The translations under genes and the position numbers were made by a program. The notes below the pieces were generated by a model. The model was not told the DNA's origin, did no database searches, and worked only from the letters and a program-made list of their open reading frames with translations. From Acidimicrobiales bacterium (GTDB lineage Bacteria > Actinomycetota > Acidimicrobiia > Acidimicrobiales > RAAP-2), in assembly GCA_035534835.1 (NCBI GenBank), contig DATLRE010000053.1, positions 523-64,522 on the forward strand: 64,000 nt of DNA. Reading direction: 5' to 3'. Numbering within the stretch: position 1 is the first letter of the stretch; every line of letters begins with the position of its first letter. Shown here in pieces: positions 22,612 through 32,468 of this stretch.

Positions 22612-23531
22612 GTGGCGACCTCGGCGGGGGCGTGACCGTGGAAGTCGACCATGTCGGAGGTGAGCTCCATGAAGACCTCCTCGAGGCTGGCCTGCTCGGG
22701 CCGGAGCTCGTGCAGGGCCACGCCGGCCTCGAGGGCCAGGTCCCCCACCCGAGTACCGTCGAGCCCGGTCACGAGGAGCGCACCGTCGTCCCGGACGACC
22801 ACGCCGGCCCCGGCGGCACGCAGGACGGCGACCAGCACGTCGGCTCCGGGCGACCGCACCAGTACCGTGGCCTCGGTGTTGGAGGCGATGAAGTCGTGGA
22901 CCGACGTCTGGGCGATGAGCTGTCCCCGGCCAATGACGACCAGGTCGGTGGCGGTCAGCGCCATCTCGCTCATGAGGTGGCTGGAGACGAAGACCGTCCG
23001 GCCCTCGCCGGCGAGCCCCTGCAGCAGGGTGCGGACCCAGAGGATCCCCTCGGGGTCCAGGCCGTTGACGGGTTCGTCGAACAGGAGGACGCCGGGGTCA
23101 CCCAGCAGCGCCGAGGCGATGCCGAGCCGTTGACTCATGCCGAGCGAGTACTTGCCCACCCGGCGTCGGGCCACCGACTCGAGTCCGACGAGTTCGAGGA
23201 CCTCGTCCACCCTCGCCCGGGGGACGGCGTTGGTCTGGGCCATCGACAGCAGGTGGTCGTAGGCGGTGCGGCCGGGGTGCAGGGCCTTGGCCTCGAGGAG
23301 CGCGCCCACCTCGCGCAGCGGCCACCGCAGCTCGCCGAAGTGCCTACCGCCGATGGTCACGGTACCGGAGTCGGGCCGGTCCAGGCCCATCACCATCCGC
23401 ATGGTCGTCGACTTTCCGGAGCCGTTCGGTCCGAGGAAGCCGGTGACCACACCCGGACGGACCTCGAAGCTGAGGTCGTCCACGGCCCGGGTCGGGCCGT
23501 ACGTCTTGGTCACCCGGCTCGCCGTGATCAC
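22608..23531 (-). CDS. ABC transporter ATP-binding protein (DrrA-like exporter ATPase)
   Basis: GPNGSGKST Walker A, YSLGMSQRL signature, LLFDEPVNGLD Walker B. Confidence 0.92.
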   Translation of the reverse strand: MITASRVTKTYGPTRAVDDLSFEVRPGVVTGFLGPNGSGKSTTMRMVMGLDRPDSGTVTIGGRHFGELRWPLREVGALLEAKALHPGRTAYDHLLSMAQTNAVPRARVDEVLELVGLESVARRRVGKYSLGMSQRLGIASALLGDPGVLLFDEPVNGLDPEGILWVRTLLQGLAGEGRTVFVSSHLMSEMALTATDLVVIGRGQLIAQTSVHDFIASNTEATVLVRSPGADVLVAVLRAAGAGVVVRDDGALLVTGLDGTRVGDLALEAGVALHELRPEQASLEEVFMELTSDMVDFHGHAPAEVAT

Positions 23532-23621
23532 CGGCGTGCACCGGGGTCGGTCATGGAACCGACGGTACCAGGACGTGCGATGAACTCCCGGTCGCCGGCG
23601 GCCCGGTGTGCGGCCCGTCGA

Positions 23622-24308
23622 TCAGGTCGGCGACCCGGCGGCGAGGTCGGCCAGCGTCCGCTCCCCCCCGGGCAGGGTGACCACCCCGTACCCGTCGCGC
23701 CCCCCGAGCCAGTCGCGGTTGCGCCGGTGGAGCTCGTGGTTGTCGTCGAACCGGTTGAGCACGACGGCGACCGGAACCTCCGGCGCCGCACCGACACTCC
23801 CGGCCAGCGCGTCCATCGACAGTCGGATGCTGTTGATCGTCCCGAGGCCGGCGTCGGCGACCAGGACGAGCAGGTCGGGGCCGAGTGCGGCCACCAGGTC
23901 GCACACGTCGCCGTCGTCCGCCTGCGGCGACCGCACGCCGCCGGCCGTCTCCACCAGTCCCACGTCGGTGCCGGCCGGCCAGTCGAGTTCGTCGACCAGG
24001 TCGGCCACGGTGAACGGTGGCAGTCCCAGTGCCTCGGCCGCGATCGGCGGGGCCATGGCCCGGTGGTAGGAACGTAAGGCGTGACAGACGTCGCCCGGGT
24101 GCTCGCCCGAGGCGGCTCCGAGCAGCTCGGCGTCAGTGGCACCCCCGAGCTGCCTGCCCTCGTGGTCCACGTCGAACGACTGGGCCGGCTTGCGCGCCGC
24201 CACGGTCCACCCCCGGGACCGGAGGTCGCCGAGCAGACGGGCGGCGACCCAGGTCTTGCCCACCTCCGTCCCTGTCCCGCACACCAGCACCAACCGCTCA
24301 GGCCGCAC
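23622..24308 (-). CDS. bioD: dethiobiotin synthase
   Basis: VCGTGTEVGKTW P-loop, LVETAGGVRSP. 11-nt overlap with the bioF 3' end. Confidence 0.88.
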   Translation of the reverse strand: MRPERLVLVCGTGTEVGKTWVAARLLGDLRSRGWTVAARKPAQSFDVDHEGRQLGGATDAELLGAASGEHPGDVCHALRSYHRAMAPPIAAEALGLPPFTVADLVDELDWPAGTDVGLVETAGGVRSPQADDGDVCDLVAALGPDLLVLVADAGLGTINSIRLSMDALAGSVGAAPEVPVAVVLNRFDDNHELHRRNRDWLGGRDGYGVVTLPGGERTLADLAAGSPT

Positions 24309-25488
24309 TTCCCACCCCCCGACCCCGGCCGGTCCCCGGGGCGAGCGCGGCCAGCCCGTCCAGCAGCAGGTCCACCTGGTGGTCGGTGTGGGTGGCGGAC
24401 AGGGTGACGCGCAGGCGCGACGTGCCGGGGGGAACCGTCGGGGGCCGGATCGCCGGGACCCACAGCCCCCGCTCGAGGAGCGAGGCCGAGGCGGCCACGG
24501 CCTCCGCCTCGCCGCCGATCACCACGGGCAGGATGGGCGACGGGTGATCGGCGACGCCGACCGCGCCGGCCACCCGGGCCACGGTGCGGACCAGCCGTTC
24601 CCGCAGCGCGGCGCCCTCGTCGGAGCGCAGCACACCCAACGCGGCCAGTGCCGCGCCGGCGTCGGCCGGGGTGGGGGCCGTGGTGAAGATGTACGGGCGG
24701 GCGCGGTTGACCAGCAGGTCGACGAAGCGCTGCGGACCGGCGACGAATCCGCCGAGCGACCCGAGCGTCTTGGACAGCGTGCCCACCCGCAGCACGTCGA
24801 CCCCGGACAGATCGTCGGGCTCGGGTCCGAGGACGGCGTGGGCCTCGTCCAGGACGAGCAGCGCACCGTGGCGGCCGGCCACCGCCACCAGGCCGCCCAG
24901 GTCGCAGGTGTCGCCGTCCATGGAGAACACGGTGTCGGTCACCACGATGGAGGGCCCGCCGCCTGCGGCGAGCGCCGCGTCGAGGGCGGCGAGGTCGCCG
25001 TGGGGGTAGATGCGCACCTCGGCCCGGGCCAGCCGGCATCCGTCGATGATCGACGCGTGGTTGAGCTCGTCGGAGTGCACCACGGCGCCGTCCGCGGCGA
25101 ACACCGACAGGACCGACAGATTGGCCGCGAACCCGGTGGGGGTCACGACCGCGGCCCCGGTACCCTTCCAGTCGGCCAGGGCGGCCTCGAGCTCGTGGTG
25201 GACCGGCCGCGACCCGGTGACCAGGCGTGACGCCCCCGAGCCCGCGCCCCAGCGGTCGAGAGCGCTCCGGGCGCCGGCCACGACGGCCGGGTGGGTGGTG
25301 AGCCCCAGGTAGTCGTTGGAGGCGAAGGAGACGACGTGGCGTCCCGGCTCGGCCGGGTCGGTCACGAGGAGCCCTTCGTTCCCCCGGGCGTCGAAGGGCC
25401 GGGGCGCCCGCCACCGACCGGCGGCCACCACCCGGTCACAGGCGTCGTCGACCCACGACCGCCACCCCGGAGATCCCGATCCGCTCAC
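24298..25488 (-). CDS. bioF: 8-amino-7-oxononanoate synthase
   Basis: GTG 25488 overlaps the bioA TGA (GTGA). FASNDYLGL, SDELNHASIIDG, DEAHA, GTLSKTLGSLGG (PLP lysine). Confidence 0.9.
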   Translation of the reverse strand: MSGSGSPGWRSWVDDACDRVVAAGRWRAPRPFDARGNEGLLVTDPAEPGRHVVSFASNDYLGLTTHPAVVAGARSALDRWGAGSGASRLVTGSRPVHHELEAALADWKGTGAAVVTPTGFAANLSVLSVFAADGAVVHSDELNHASIIDGCRLARAEVRIYPHGDLAALDAALAAGGGPSIVVTDTVFSMDGDTCDLGGLVAVAGRHGALLVLDEAHAVLGPEPDDLSGVDVLRVGTLSKTLGSLGGFVAGPQRFVDLLVNRARPYIFTTAPTPADAGAALAALGVLRSDEGAALRERLVRTVARVAGAVGVADHPSPILPVVIGGEAEAVAASASLLERGLWVPAIRPPTVPPGTSRLRVTLSATHTDHQVDLLLDGLAALAPGTGRGRGVGSAA

Positions 25489-26816
25489 CCGGCGTCCTCG
25501 GTCCGGACCTCCGCGATGCACTCGGCGAGCACGTCGACCACCCGGTCGAGCTCGGCCCCGGTGCTGGTGAGCGGCGGCATGAGGACCACCACGTCGCCCA
25601 GCGGACGCAGGAGCACACCCCGGTGCACCGCCGCCGCACACACCCGGCGCCCCCATCGGACCGAACCCTCGGGCGGGGCCAGCTCCACGCCGACCATCAG
25701 GCCGCGCCGGCGCACCTCGGCCACCCCGTCGAGCCCGGCGACGGCCGAGTCGAGTCGGGTGCCGAGATGGTCGGCCACCGTGCGCACGTGGGCCAGGACG
25801 TCCCACTCCTCGAGCAGCTGCAGGTGCCGGAGGGCCACGGCGCAGGCCAGGGCGTTCCCTCCGTACGAGTGTCCGTGGTAGAAGGTCGTCGTCCCGAGGT
25901 CCTCGCCCAGGAACCCCTCGTAGACCGGGCGCGACACCACGGTGGCCGACAGGGGCAGGTACCCGCCGCTGATCCCCTTGCCCAGGCACATCAGGTCCGG
26001 GCGGAAGTCGGGTCCGGCCCACTCCGAGGCGAACAGCCTGCCGGTGCGACCGAACCCGGTGGCGACCTCGTCGCAGATGAGCAGCACGCCGTGGTCGCGG
26101 CACGCACGTCCGACGGCGGCCACGTCGGCGGGATCGGCCACGAGGATGCCGGAGGCACCCTGGACCAGCGGCTCGACGATCATGGCGGCCAAGGTGTCGG
26201 CGTGGGCCTCGATGGCCGCCACCGCCTTGGCCGCCCAGTCGACGCTCGCATAGCCGGGGGTGCGCACCACGGGGAACCGCAGCGGATCGAACACGGAGGT
26301 ACCGAACCCGCCGTCGCCGACGGAGAGCGCTCCCACGGTGTCCCCGTGGTAGGCGTCACCCAGCGCCAGGAACCGGGTGTGGCCCGACTCGCCGCGGTTC
26401 ACCCAGTACTGGAAGGCGATCTTGAGGGCCTGCTCGACCGCCACGGCGCCGTCGGAGGCGAACACGGTGTGGGGGTCGTCGACCGGGACGGCGGCGGCCA
26501 GGGCCTCGGCGAACTCGACGACGATCCGGCTGCCGTTGCCGAGGAGGGTGGCGTGGGCCACCCTGCCCAGCTGGTCGACGACGGCGGCGTCGAGCTCGGG
26601 CACCCGGTGGCCGAGGGTGGTCACCCACAGTGACGAGATGGCGTCGAAGTACCGGTTGCCGTGGACGTCGATGAGTTCCCGACCCTCCGCCCGCTCGACG
26701 GTCACGGGGACGTTGCCGGGATAGGCCGCCATCTGGGTGAACCCGTGCCACACCACGGCGACGTCCCGGGCCACCCAGGGGTCGACGGCGGGCAGGTCTG
26801 GGGACTCGGTGCTCAT
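25485..26816 (-). CDS. bioA: adenosylmethionine-8-amino-7-oxononanoate aminotransferase
   Basis: C-terminal 443 codons of track ORF 25485..30551, from ATG 26816. WHGFTQM, GDAYHGDT, LICDEVATGFGRTGRLFA, GKGISGGYLPLSA. Confidence 0.93.
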   Translation of the reverse strand: MSTESPDLPAVDPWVARDVAVVWHGFTQMAAYPGNVPVTVERAEGRELIDVHGNRYFDAISSLWVTTLGHRVPELDAAVVDQLGRVAHATLLGNGSRIVVEFAEALAAAVPVDDPHTVFASDGAVAVEQALKIAFQYWVNRGESGHTRFLALGDAYHGDTVGALSVGDGGFGTSVFDPLRFPVVRTPGYASVDWAAKAVAAIEAHADTLAAMIVEPLVQGASGILVADPADVAAVGRACRDHGVLLICDEVATGFGRTGRLFASEWAGPDFRPDLMCLGKGISGGYLPLSATVVSRPVYEGFLGEDLGTTTFYHGHSYGGNALACAVALRHLQLLEEWDVLAHVRTVADHLGTRLDSAVAGLDGVAEVRRRGLMVGVELAPPEGSVRWGRRVCAAAVHRGVLLRPLGDVVVLMPPLTSTGAELDRVVDVLAECIAEVRTEDAG

Positions 26817-26881
26817 CGCAGGTGAGTCTTGCCCACCGGCGGGCTCCTCGGCGAACCGCTGCGGGGCGGCTTCGGGGACGG

Positions 26882-26920
26882 CCCCCCCGGGGGACCCGGG
26901 AGCGCCCCCGGGGGCCCGGG
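26882..26920. promoter_or_regulatory. two copies of a GC palindrome unit CCCCCGGGGG(A)CCCGGG in the bioA / riboflavin-synthase divergent spacer
   Basis: Read directly: cccccgggggacccggg (26884-26900) and cccccgggggcccggg (26905-26920), 21 bp apart. Function unproven. Confidence 0.2.
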
Positions 26921-26957
26921 ACGGGGAGGTCGAGGGGCGCGCCGGTAGAGTGGACCG

Positions 26958-27434
26958 ATGGACCGGATCGGCGTCGTAGACACCATGTTCGCCCGCTACG
27001 ACATGGGGGCGGAGGCCCTGGACGAGTTGGCGGACTGCCCCGGCTTCGGCACCACCTTCGACGTGGTGCGCCGGACCGTGCCCGGGTTCAAGGACCTGGG
27101 CGTGGCCTGCAAGCGCCTGATCGAGCAGGAGGGCTGCAGGATCGTCGTGGCGCTCGGCATGCCCGGCAAGGCGGCGATCGACCAGGTCTGCGCACACGAG
27201 GCGTCCCAGGGCATCATGCTGGCCCAGCTGCTGACCTCCACCCACATCCTCGAGGTCTTCGTGCACGAGAACGAGGAGGAGGACCCGGACCGGCTGGCCG
27301 CGGTATGCGTCAACCGGGCCCGAAAGCACGCCCGCAACGCGTACTGGATGCTGTACGAGCCCGAGCAGCTCACCCGCAACGCCGGCAAGGGCATCCGCCA
27401 GGGCTACGAGGACGCCGGGCCGATCGTCGGCTGA
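26958..27434 (+). CDS. ribC: archaeal-type riboflavin synthase (lumazine-synthase-fold, RibC_arch-like)
   Basis: 158 aa, collinear with the remembered Methanocaldococcus jannaschii RibC pattern. IGVVDTMFARYDM, RRTVPGFKDLGVACKRLIEQEGC.IVVALGMPGKA..DQVCAHEASQGIMLAQLLT..HILEVFVHE.E, LTRNAGKGIRQGYEDAGP. Confidence 0.82.
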   Translation: MDRIGVVDTMFARYDMGAEALDELADCPGFGTTFDVVRRTVPGFKDLGVACKRLIEQEGCRIVVALGMPGKAAIDQVCAHEASQGIMLAQLLTSTHILEVFVHENEEEDPDRLAAVCVNRARKHARNAYWMLYEPEQLTRNAGKGIRQGYEDAGPIVG

Positions 27435-27440
27435 GCCCAC

Positions 27441-30173
27441 ATGCCGGAATCGGTGCCGGGGAACTCGCCGCAAGGCCCGCACCACGGACTGGCCACGCAC
27501 GAGGTCGTACTCCTCCTGGAGACGGACGCCGGGCGGGGCCTGCGTCAGGACGAGGCCGAGCGACGCCTGCGGCGATACGGCCCCAACCTCCTGCCACAGG
27601 CGAAGTCGGCGGGCGCACTCGTCCGATTCCTCCGACAATTCAACCATCCCCTCGTCTACGTCCTGCTCGTAGCCGGAGTGGTGACGTCGGCCCTGGGCGA
27701 AGCGGTCGAGACGTTCGTCATCTTCGGCGTGGTCCTGGTGAACGCTCTGCTCGGCTACGTGCAGGAATCCAAGGCCGAAGCCGCGCTGGACGCGCTGCGG
27801 GCGATGGTCCAGACGGGTGCACGGGTGCGGCGGGACGATCGGGTGACGACCCTGCCGTCGGAGCTCCTCGTCCCCGGAGACCTGGTGCTGCTCCAGGCGG
27901 GTGACAAGGTTCCGGCCGATCTGCGCCTCCTGACCGAGTGCGAACTCCACGTCGACGAGTCGGCGCTCACCGGTGAGTCGCTGCCCGTCGAGAAGGACGA
28001 GGTCCTCCTGCCGGTCTCGACGCCGGTCGCCGATCGACGGAACATGGCCTACTCGGGCACTCTCGTCACGCAGGGCACGGGCACGGGCGTCGTCGTGTCG
28101 ACCGGAGGGGAGACCGAACTCGGCGAGATCCATCGCCTGGTGGGCTCGACGGACTCCCTGGCGACACCGCTCACCCGGAAGCTCACGCGGCTCAGCAAGG
28201 TGCTCACGGTGGCGATCCTCGGACTCGCCGGATTCACGTTCGGGGTCGGGGTACTCCGGGGAGAGCACCCGAGCGAGATGTTCATCGCCGCGGTGGCGCT
28301 GGCGGTCGGGGCAATCCCCGAGGGCCTGCCGGCGTCCGTGACGATCACGCTCGCCATCGGCGTCAGCCGCATGGCCCGTCGTCGCGCCGTCGTGCGCCGA
28401 CTCCCCGCAGTGGAGACCCTGGGCAGCACGACCGTGATCTGCACGGACAAGACCGGGACCCTGACGGAGAACCAGATGACCGTGCGAGCCGTGTGGTCGC
28501 CGAGCGGCTCCTACGACGTCACCGGTTCCGGGTACTCGGCCGAAGGCTCCCTCCGGCACGGGACCGACCTGGCCGACCTCGACGCCGATCGGGCGCTGTA
28601 CTGGACGCTGGTGGCAGGAGCCGCCTGCAACGACACCCGTCGGATCCACGACGAAGGGACATGGGGCATCGTCGGCGATCCCACGGAGGGCGCCGTGCTC
28701 GTCGCCGCGGCGAAGTCCGGCCTCGACCAGGAGGCCGTCGGCGCCGCGTTCCCGCGGACGGGGACCATCCCGTTCAGCTCGGAACGGCAGTACATGGCGA
28801 CGCTGCACGATCCCGTCGACGGCCGTCCGGCCGTGGTCCTGGCGAAGGGTGGGGTCGAGCGCGTCCTCGAACTGTGCGGCTCCGAGATGTCGGCTCGGGG
28901 GGTGGTGCAGCCGCTCGACAGGGTTCGCATCGAACGCGCTGCCGACGGGTTCGCCCGGGACGGCCTCCGGGTGCTCGCCTTCGCCACGAGCCACGGGGGG
29001 ACCACACGCTCCCTGGAGGATGGCCTGGCCCGGGGATCCCTGGTGTTCACGGGATTGCAGGCGATGCTCGACCCGCCGCGCACGGCGGCGGCCGCCGCCG
29101 TGCGGTCGTGCCACAGCGCCGGTATCGACGTGAAGATGATCACGGGAGACCATGCCGCCACCGCCACCGCGATCGCCGTCCGGGTCGGCGTGCTCGGCGA
29201 CGTCCGGCGGGACGGCGACGTGCTCACGGGGTCCGAACTCGACGCGCTGCCGCCCGACCGCTACTCCGAGGCCGTCGAACGCGCGGTCGTGTTCGCCCGG
29301 GTCTCGCCCGAACAGAAGCTCCGACTCGTGGAAGGTCTCCAACGGCGGGGCCACATCGTGGCCATGACCGGCGACGGCGTCAACGACGCCCCGGCGCTCC
29401 AGCAGGCCGACATCGGCATCGCCATGGGCCGCGACGGCACCGAAGTTGCGAAGGAGGCCGCAGACATGGTGCTCACCGACGACGACTTCGGGACGATCGA
29501 AGGAGCCGTCGAAGAGGGTCGGGGGGTGTTCGACAACCTCACCAAGTTCATCGCCTGGACGTTGCCCACCAACCTTGCCGAGGGCCTGGTCATCCTGGTC
29601 GCCGTCGTGCTCGGCCTCACGCTTCCGATCCTGCCGGTCCAGATCCTCTGGATCAACATGACCACGGCGGTGGCGCTGGGGCTCATGCTCGCGTTCGAGC
29701 CCAAGGAGGTCGGGATCATGGAGCGGCCACCTCGCGACCCCGGCAGACCGTTGCTGACCGGTGCACTCGCCATCCGGATCGTCCTGCTGTCCGCACTGCT
29801 CGTGGGGGCCACCTGGTGGCTCTTCGAGTGGGAGCGGAGGGGTGGTGGCACGCTCGCCGCGGCGCGCACCGTCGCGCTGAACCTGTTCGTGGCGGTCGAG
29901 GCCTTCTACCTGTTCAGTTGCCGGTCGCTCACCGGATCGATCCGGCGCGTCGGCGTGCTCTCCAATCGATGGATCGTCGGGGGCGTCGCGCTGCAGGCGC
30001 TCGGCCAGATCGGCATCACCTACCTGCCGTGGATGAACCACACGTTCCAGACCGCCCCGATCAGCGCGGGTGCATGGCTCCGGATCCTCGTGGTCGCGAT
30101 CGGCGCGAGCATCGTGGTCGCCATCGACAAGCACCTGTGGGGGGGCGCCACGTCGATGGGGCGGGGCGCGTGA
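27441..30173 (+). CDS. P-type ATPase, type IIA (Ca2+/cation-transporting, CtpF-like)
   Basis: 910 aa. DKTGTLTENQM phosphorylation site, AIPEGLPA (M4 ion site), TGDGVNDAPAL, about 10 TM segments. Starts 6 nt after the ribC stop. Confidence 0.93.
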   Translation: MPESVPGNSPQGPHHGLATHEVVLLLETDAGRGLRQDEAERRLRRYGPNLLPQAKSAGALVRFLRQFNHPLVYVLLVAGVVTSALGEAVETFVIFGVVLVNALLGYVQESKAEAALDALRAMVQTGARVRRDDRVTTLPSELLVPGDLVLLQAGDKVPADLRLLTECELHVDESALTGESLPVEKDEVLLPVSTPVADRRNMAYSGTLVTQGTGTGVVVSTGGETELGEIHRLVGSTDSLATPLTRKLTRLSKVLTVAILGLAGFTFGVGVLRGEHPSEMFIAAVALAVGAIPEGLPASVTITLAIGVSRMARRRAVVRRLPAVETLGSTTVICTDKTGTLTENQMTVRAVWSPSGSYDVTGSGYSAEGSLRHGTDLADLDADRALYWTLVAGAACNDTRRIHDEGTWGIVGDPTEGAVLVAAAKSGLDQEAVGAAFPRTGTIPFSSERQYMATLHDPVDGRPAVVLAKGGVERVLELCGSEMSARGVVQPLDRVRIERAADGFARDGLRVLAFATSHGGTTRSLEDGLARGSLVFTGLQAMLDPPRTAAAAAVRSCHSAGIDVKMITGDHAATATAIAVRVGVLGDVRRDGDVLTGSELDALPPDRYSEAVERAVVFARVSPEQKLRLVEGLQRRGHIVAMTGDGVNDAPALQQADIGIAMGRDGTEVAKEAADMVLTDDDFGTIEGAVEEGRGVFDNLTKFIAWTLPTNLAEGLVILVAVVLGLTLPILPVQILWINMTTAVALGLMLAFEPKEVGIMERPPRDPGRPLLTGALAIRIVLLSALLVGATWWLFEWERRGGGTLAAARTVALNLFVAVEAFYLFSCRSLTGSIRRVGVLSNRWIVGGVALQALGQIGITYLPWMNHTFQTAPISAGAWLRILVVAIGASIVVAIDKHLWGGATSMGRGA

Positions 30174-30321
30174 CGCGCTCCCGCGTCGGCGGCCCGTGCG
30201 TCCCGTGGTCCTCCGCGCCCGTCGACGTCGACCCCGCGCGCCGTTCGCTTCGCTCCCGGCCGCTCCCGCTCGTCCTCCGCAGGCGGCGCACCTCCCGGGC
30301 GGGAGGGGCCGTCCGGAGCGA

Positions 30322-31173
30322 CTACGGGAAGACGACCGTCCGGTTGCCGTTGAGCAGCACCCGGTCCTCCAGGTGCCAGCGCAGCCCGCGGGCGAGGACG
30401 GCCCGCTCGATGTCCCGCCCCAGGGCGACGAGATCGCCGGGGCTCTCGGCGTGGGTGATGCGGGCCGTGTCCTGCTCGATGATCGGACCGGCGTCGAGGT
30501 CGGCCGTCGCGTAGTGGCAGGTGGCGCCGATGAGCTTGACACCGCGGGCATGGGCCTGGTGGTAGGGGCGGGCCCCGGCGAAGCTGGGGAGGAAGCTGTG
30601 GTGGATGTTGATGATCCGACCCGGGTACCGGGCGCACACGTCCGGCGGCACGATCTGCATGTAGCGGGCCAGCACCATGACGTCGCCGGCCAGCTCGTCG
30701 AAGCGCCGGGTGACCTCCGCGAAGGCGGTGGCCGTGTCCCCTGCTCGCACCGGGATGTGGGCGAAGGGGATACCCGCGGCTTCCACCAGCGGGGCCAGGT
30801 CGACGTGGTTGGAGATCACCAGGGGGATCGTGCAGGGGAGGTCACCGCTGTTCGACCGGTAGAGGAGGTCGGCGAGGCAATGGTCCTCGCGGCTGGCCAG
30901 GACGATCACCTTCTTGGCGATGTCGGTGTCGCTCAGGTTCCAGGCGAGGTCCAGCTCTCCGGCCAACGGGGTGAACCGGCTGCCGAACTCCGCGACGTCG
31001 AACGGGAGGGACTCGGCCAGGATCTCGATGCGCTGGAAGAACCGGCCGCTCTCGAGGTCTCCGTGCTGGGCGGCCTCGAGGACCCACCCTCCGTGGGAGG
31101 CGATGAATCCCGTGACCGCGGCAACGATGCCGACCCGATCGGGGCAGGTGATGGTGAGGATGAGGCGTCGCAC
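30322..31173 (-). CDS. purU: formyltetrahydrofolate deformylase
   Basis: GTG 31173 gives (M)RRLILTITCPDRVGIVAAVTGFI (ACT domain), then INIHHSFLPSFAGARPYHQA, GVKLIGATCHY. Confidence 0.9.
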   Translation of the reverse strand: MRRLILTITCPDRVGIVAAVTGFIASHGGWVLEAAQHGDLESGRFFQRIEILAESLPFDVAEFGSRFTPLAGELDLAWNLSDTDIAKKVIVLASREDHCLADLLYRSNSGDLPCTIPLVISNHVDLAPLVEAAGIPFAHIPVRAGDTATAFAEVTRRFDELAGDVMVLARYMQIVPPDVCARYPGRIINIHHSFLPSFAGARPYHQAHARGVKLIGATCHYATADLDAGPIIEQDTARITHAESPGDLVALGRDIERAVLARGLRWHLEDRVLLNGNRTVVFP

Positions 31174-31325
31174 CCCTCCATTCTGCCCGGGCCATCGGAG
31201 CGTGCACGCCGTGCCGGTCCCGGGCGCCCTCACGTCGTGCGGACGGGACGGGATCCACGACGACCGTCGCCGGGCCGCGCTCCCCGTGGCGGATGCCGGA
31301 AGGACGGCCGCGCACGTGGACCGGA

Positions 31326-32468
31326 CTACACCTGCGGGTCGTGCGGCAGACCGAGCGTCCGCTCGGCGATGATGTTGCGCTGGACCTCCGAGGTCCCGCC
31401 CCCGATGGTGAGCGCCGGGGCGAACAGGAACCCGTAGGACCACAGGGCGTCCGGCCACCCACCGGCGTCGGGCGTGCCCGGCACGGGCCCGCTCCCCGAC
31501 AACATGCCCGACGCCCCGGCCAGGTCACGGGCCAGGTCCATGATGTGCTGCCCGTGGTCGTCGGCCAGTGCCTTGCGCACGCTGGCCTCGGGGCCGGGGG
31601 GCGCCCCCGCCACCGCGGCCGACACGGTGCGCAGGCGGAGCAGTCGGAGGACCTCCCCCTCCATCCACACCGCGGCGAGGCGCTGGCGCAGCAGGGGGTC
31701 GTCGGTTCCGCCGCCGGACCGCACCGCGGCCACAAGGTCGTCGGCCGTCGGACCCATCCCCCACAGCGCTCCGGCACCCGACAGCGACACCCGCTCGTTG
31801 GCCAGCGTCACCTTGGCCAGCGACCAGCCCCGTCCCCGCTCCCCGACCAGGTTGGCGGCGGGCAGGCGCACCTCGTCGAGGAAGACCTCGTTGAACGTGT
31901 GGGCCCCGGTCATGTCGACCAGCGGCCGGACGGTAACGCCGGGGGCGTCCATGGGGCAGACGAAGTAGGAGATCCCCTGGTGCCGGGGGGCGTCGGGCTC
32001 GGTCCGGGCGAGCAGGATGCCGAAGTCGGCCCGGTGGGCGTAGCTGGTCCAGACCTTCTGGCCCCGTACCACCCACTCGTCGCCGTCGAGCTCGGCCCGG
32101 GTGGTCAGCGATGCCAGGTCGGACCCGGCACCCGGCTCGCTGAACAGCTGGCACCAGATCTCGTCGGCGGCGAGCAGCGGGAACAGGTACCGCTCCTTCT
32201 GCTCGGGGGTGCCGGCGTGCAGGAGCGTCGGGCCGGCCCAGCCGATCCCGATGGTGTTGTCGGGACGGCGCACCCCGGCCCGGCGCAGCTCCTCGTCGAC
32301 CAGGAGCTGGTGGGTCGGGTCGGCGCCCAGACCCCAGGGCGCCGGCCAGTGGGGGGCGACCAGGCCCCGTTCGGCCAGCTGGCGGCCGGTGGGTGCCGGG
32401 TGGTCCGCGAACCAGGATCGGAGCTCGGCACGCCGGGGGTCGTCGTCGGGCGGCAGTGCGGTGTCCAC
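31326..32468 (-). CDS. acyl-CoA dehydrogenase family protein
   Basis: GTG 32468. WCQLFSEPGAGSDLASL, GQKVWTSYA, IGGGTSEVQRNIIAE. Confidence 0.88.
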   Translation of the reverse strand: MDTALPPDDDPRRAELRSWFADHPAPTGRQLAERGLVAPHWPAPWGLGADPTHQLLVDEELRRAGVRRPDNTIGIGWAGPTLLHAGTPEQKERYLFPLLAADEIWCQLFSEPGAGSDLASLTTRAELDGDEWVVRGQKVWTSYAHRADFGILLARTEPDAPRHQGISYFVCPMDAPGVTVRPLVDMTGAHTFNEVFLDEVRLPAANLVGERGRGWSLAKVTLANERVSLSGAGALWGMGPTADDLVAAVRSGGGTDDPLLRQRLAAVWMEGEVLRLLRLRTVSAAVAGAPPGPEASVRKALADDHGQHIMDLARDLAGASGMLSGSGPVPGTPDAGGWPDALWSYGFLFAPALTIGGGTSEVQRNIIAERTLGLPHDPQV

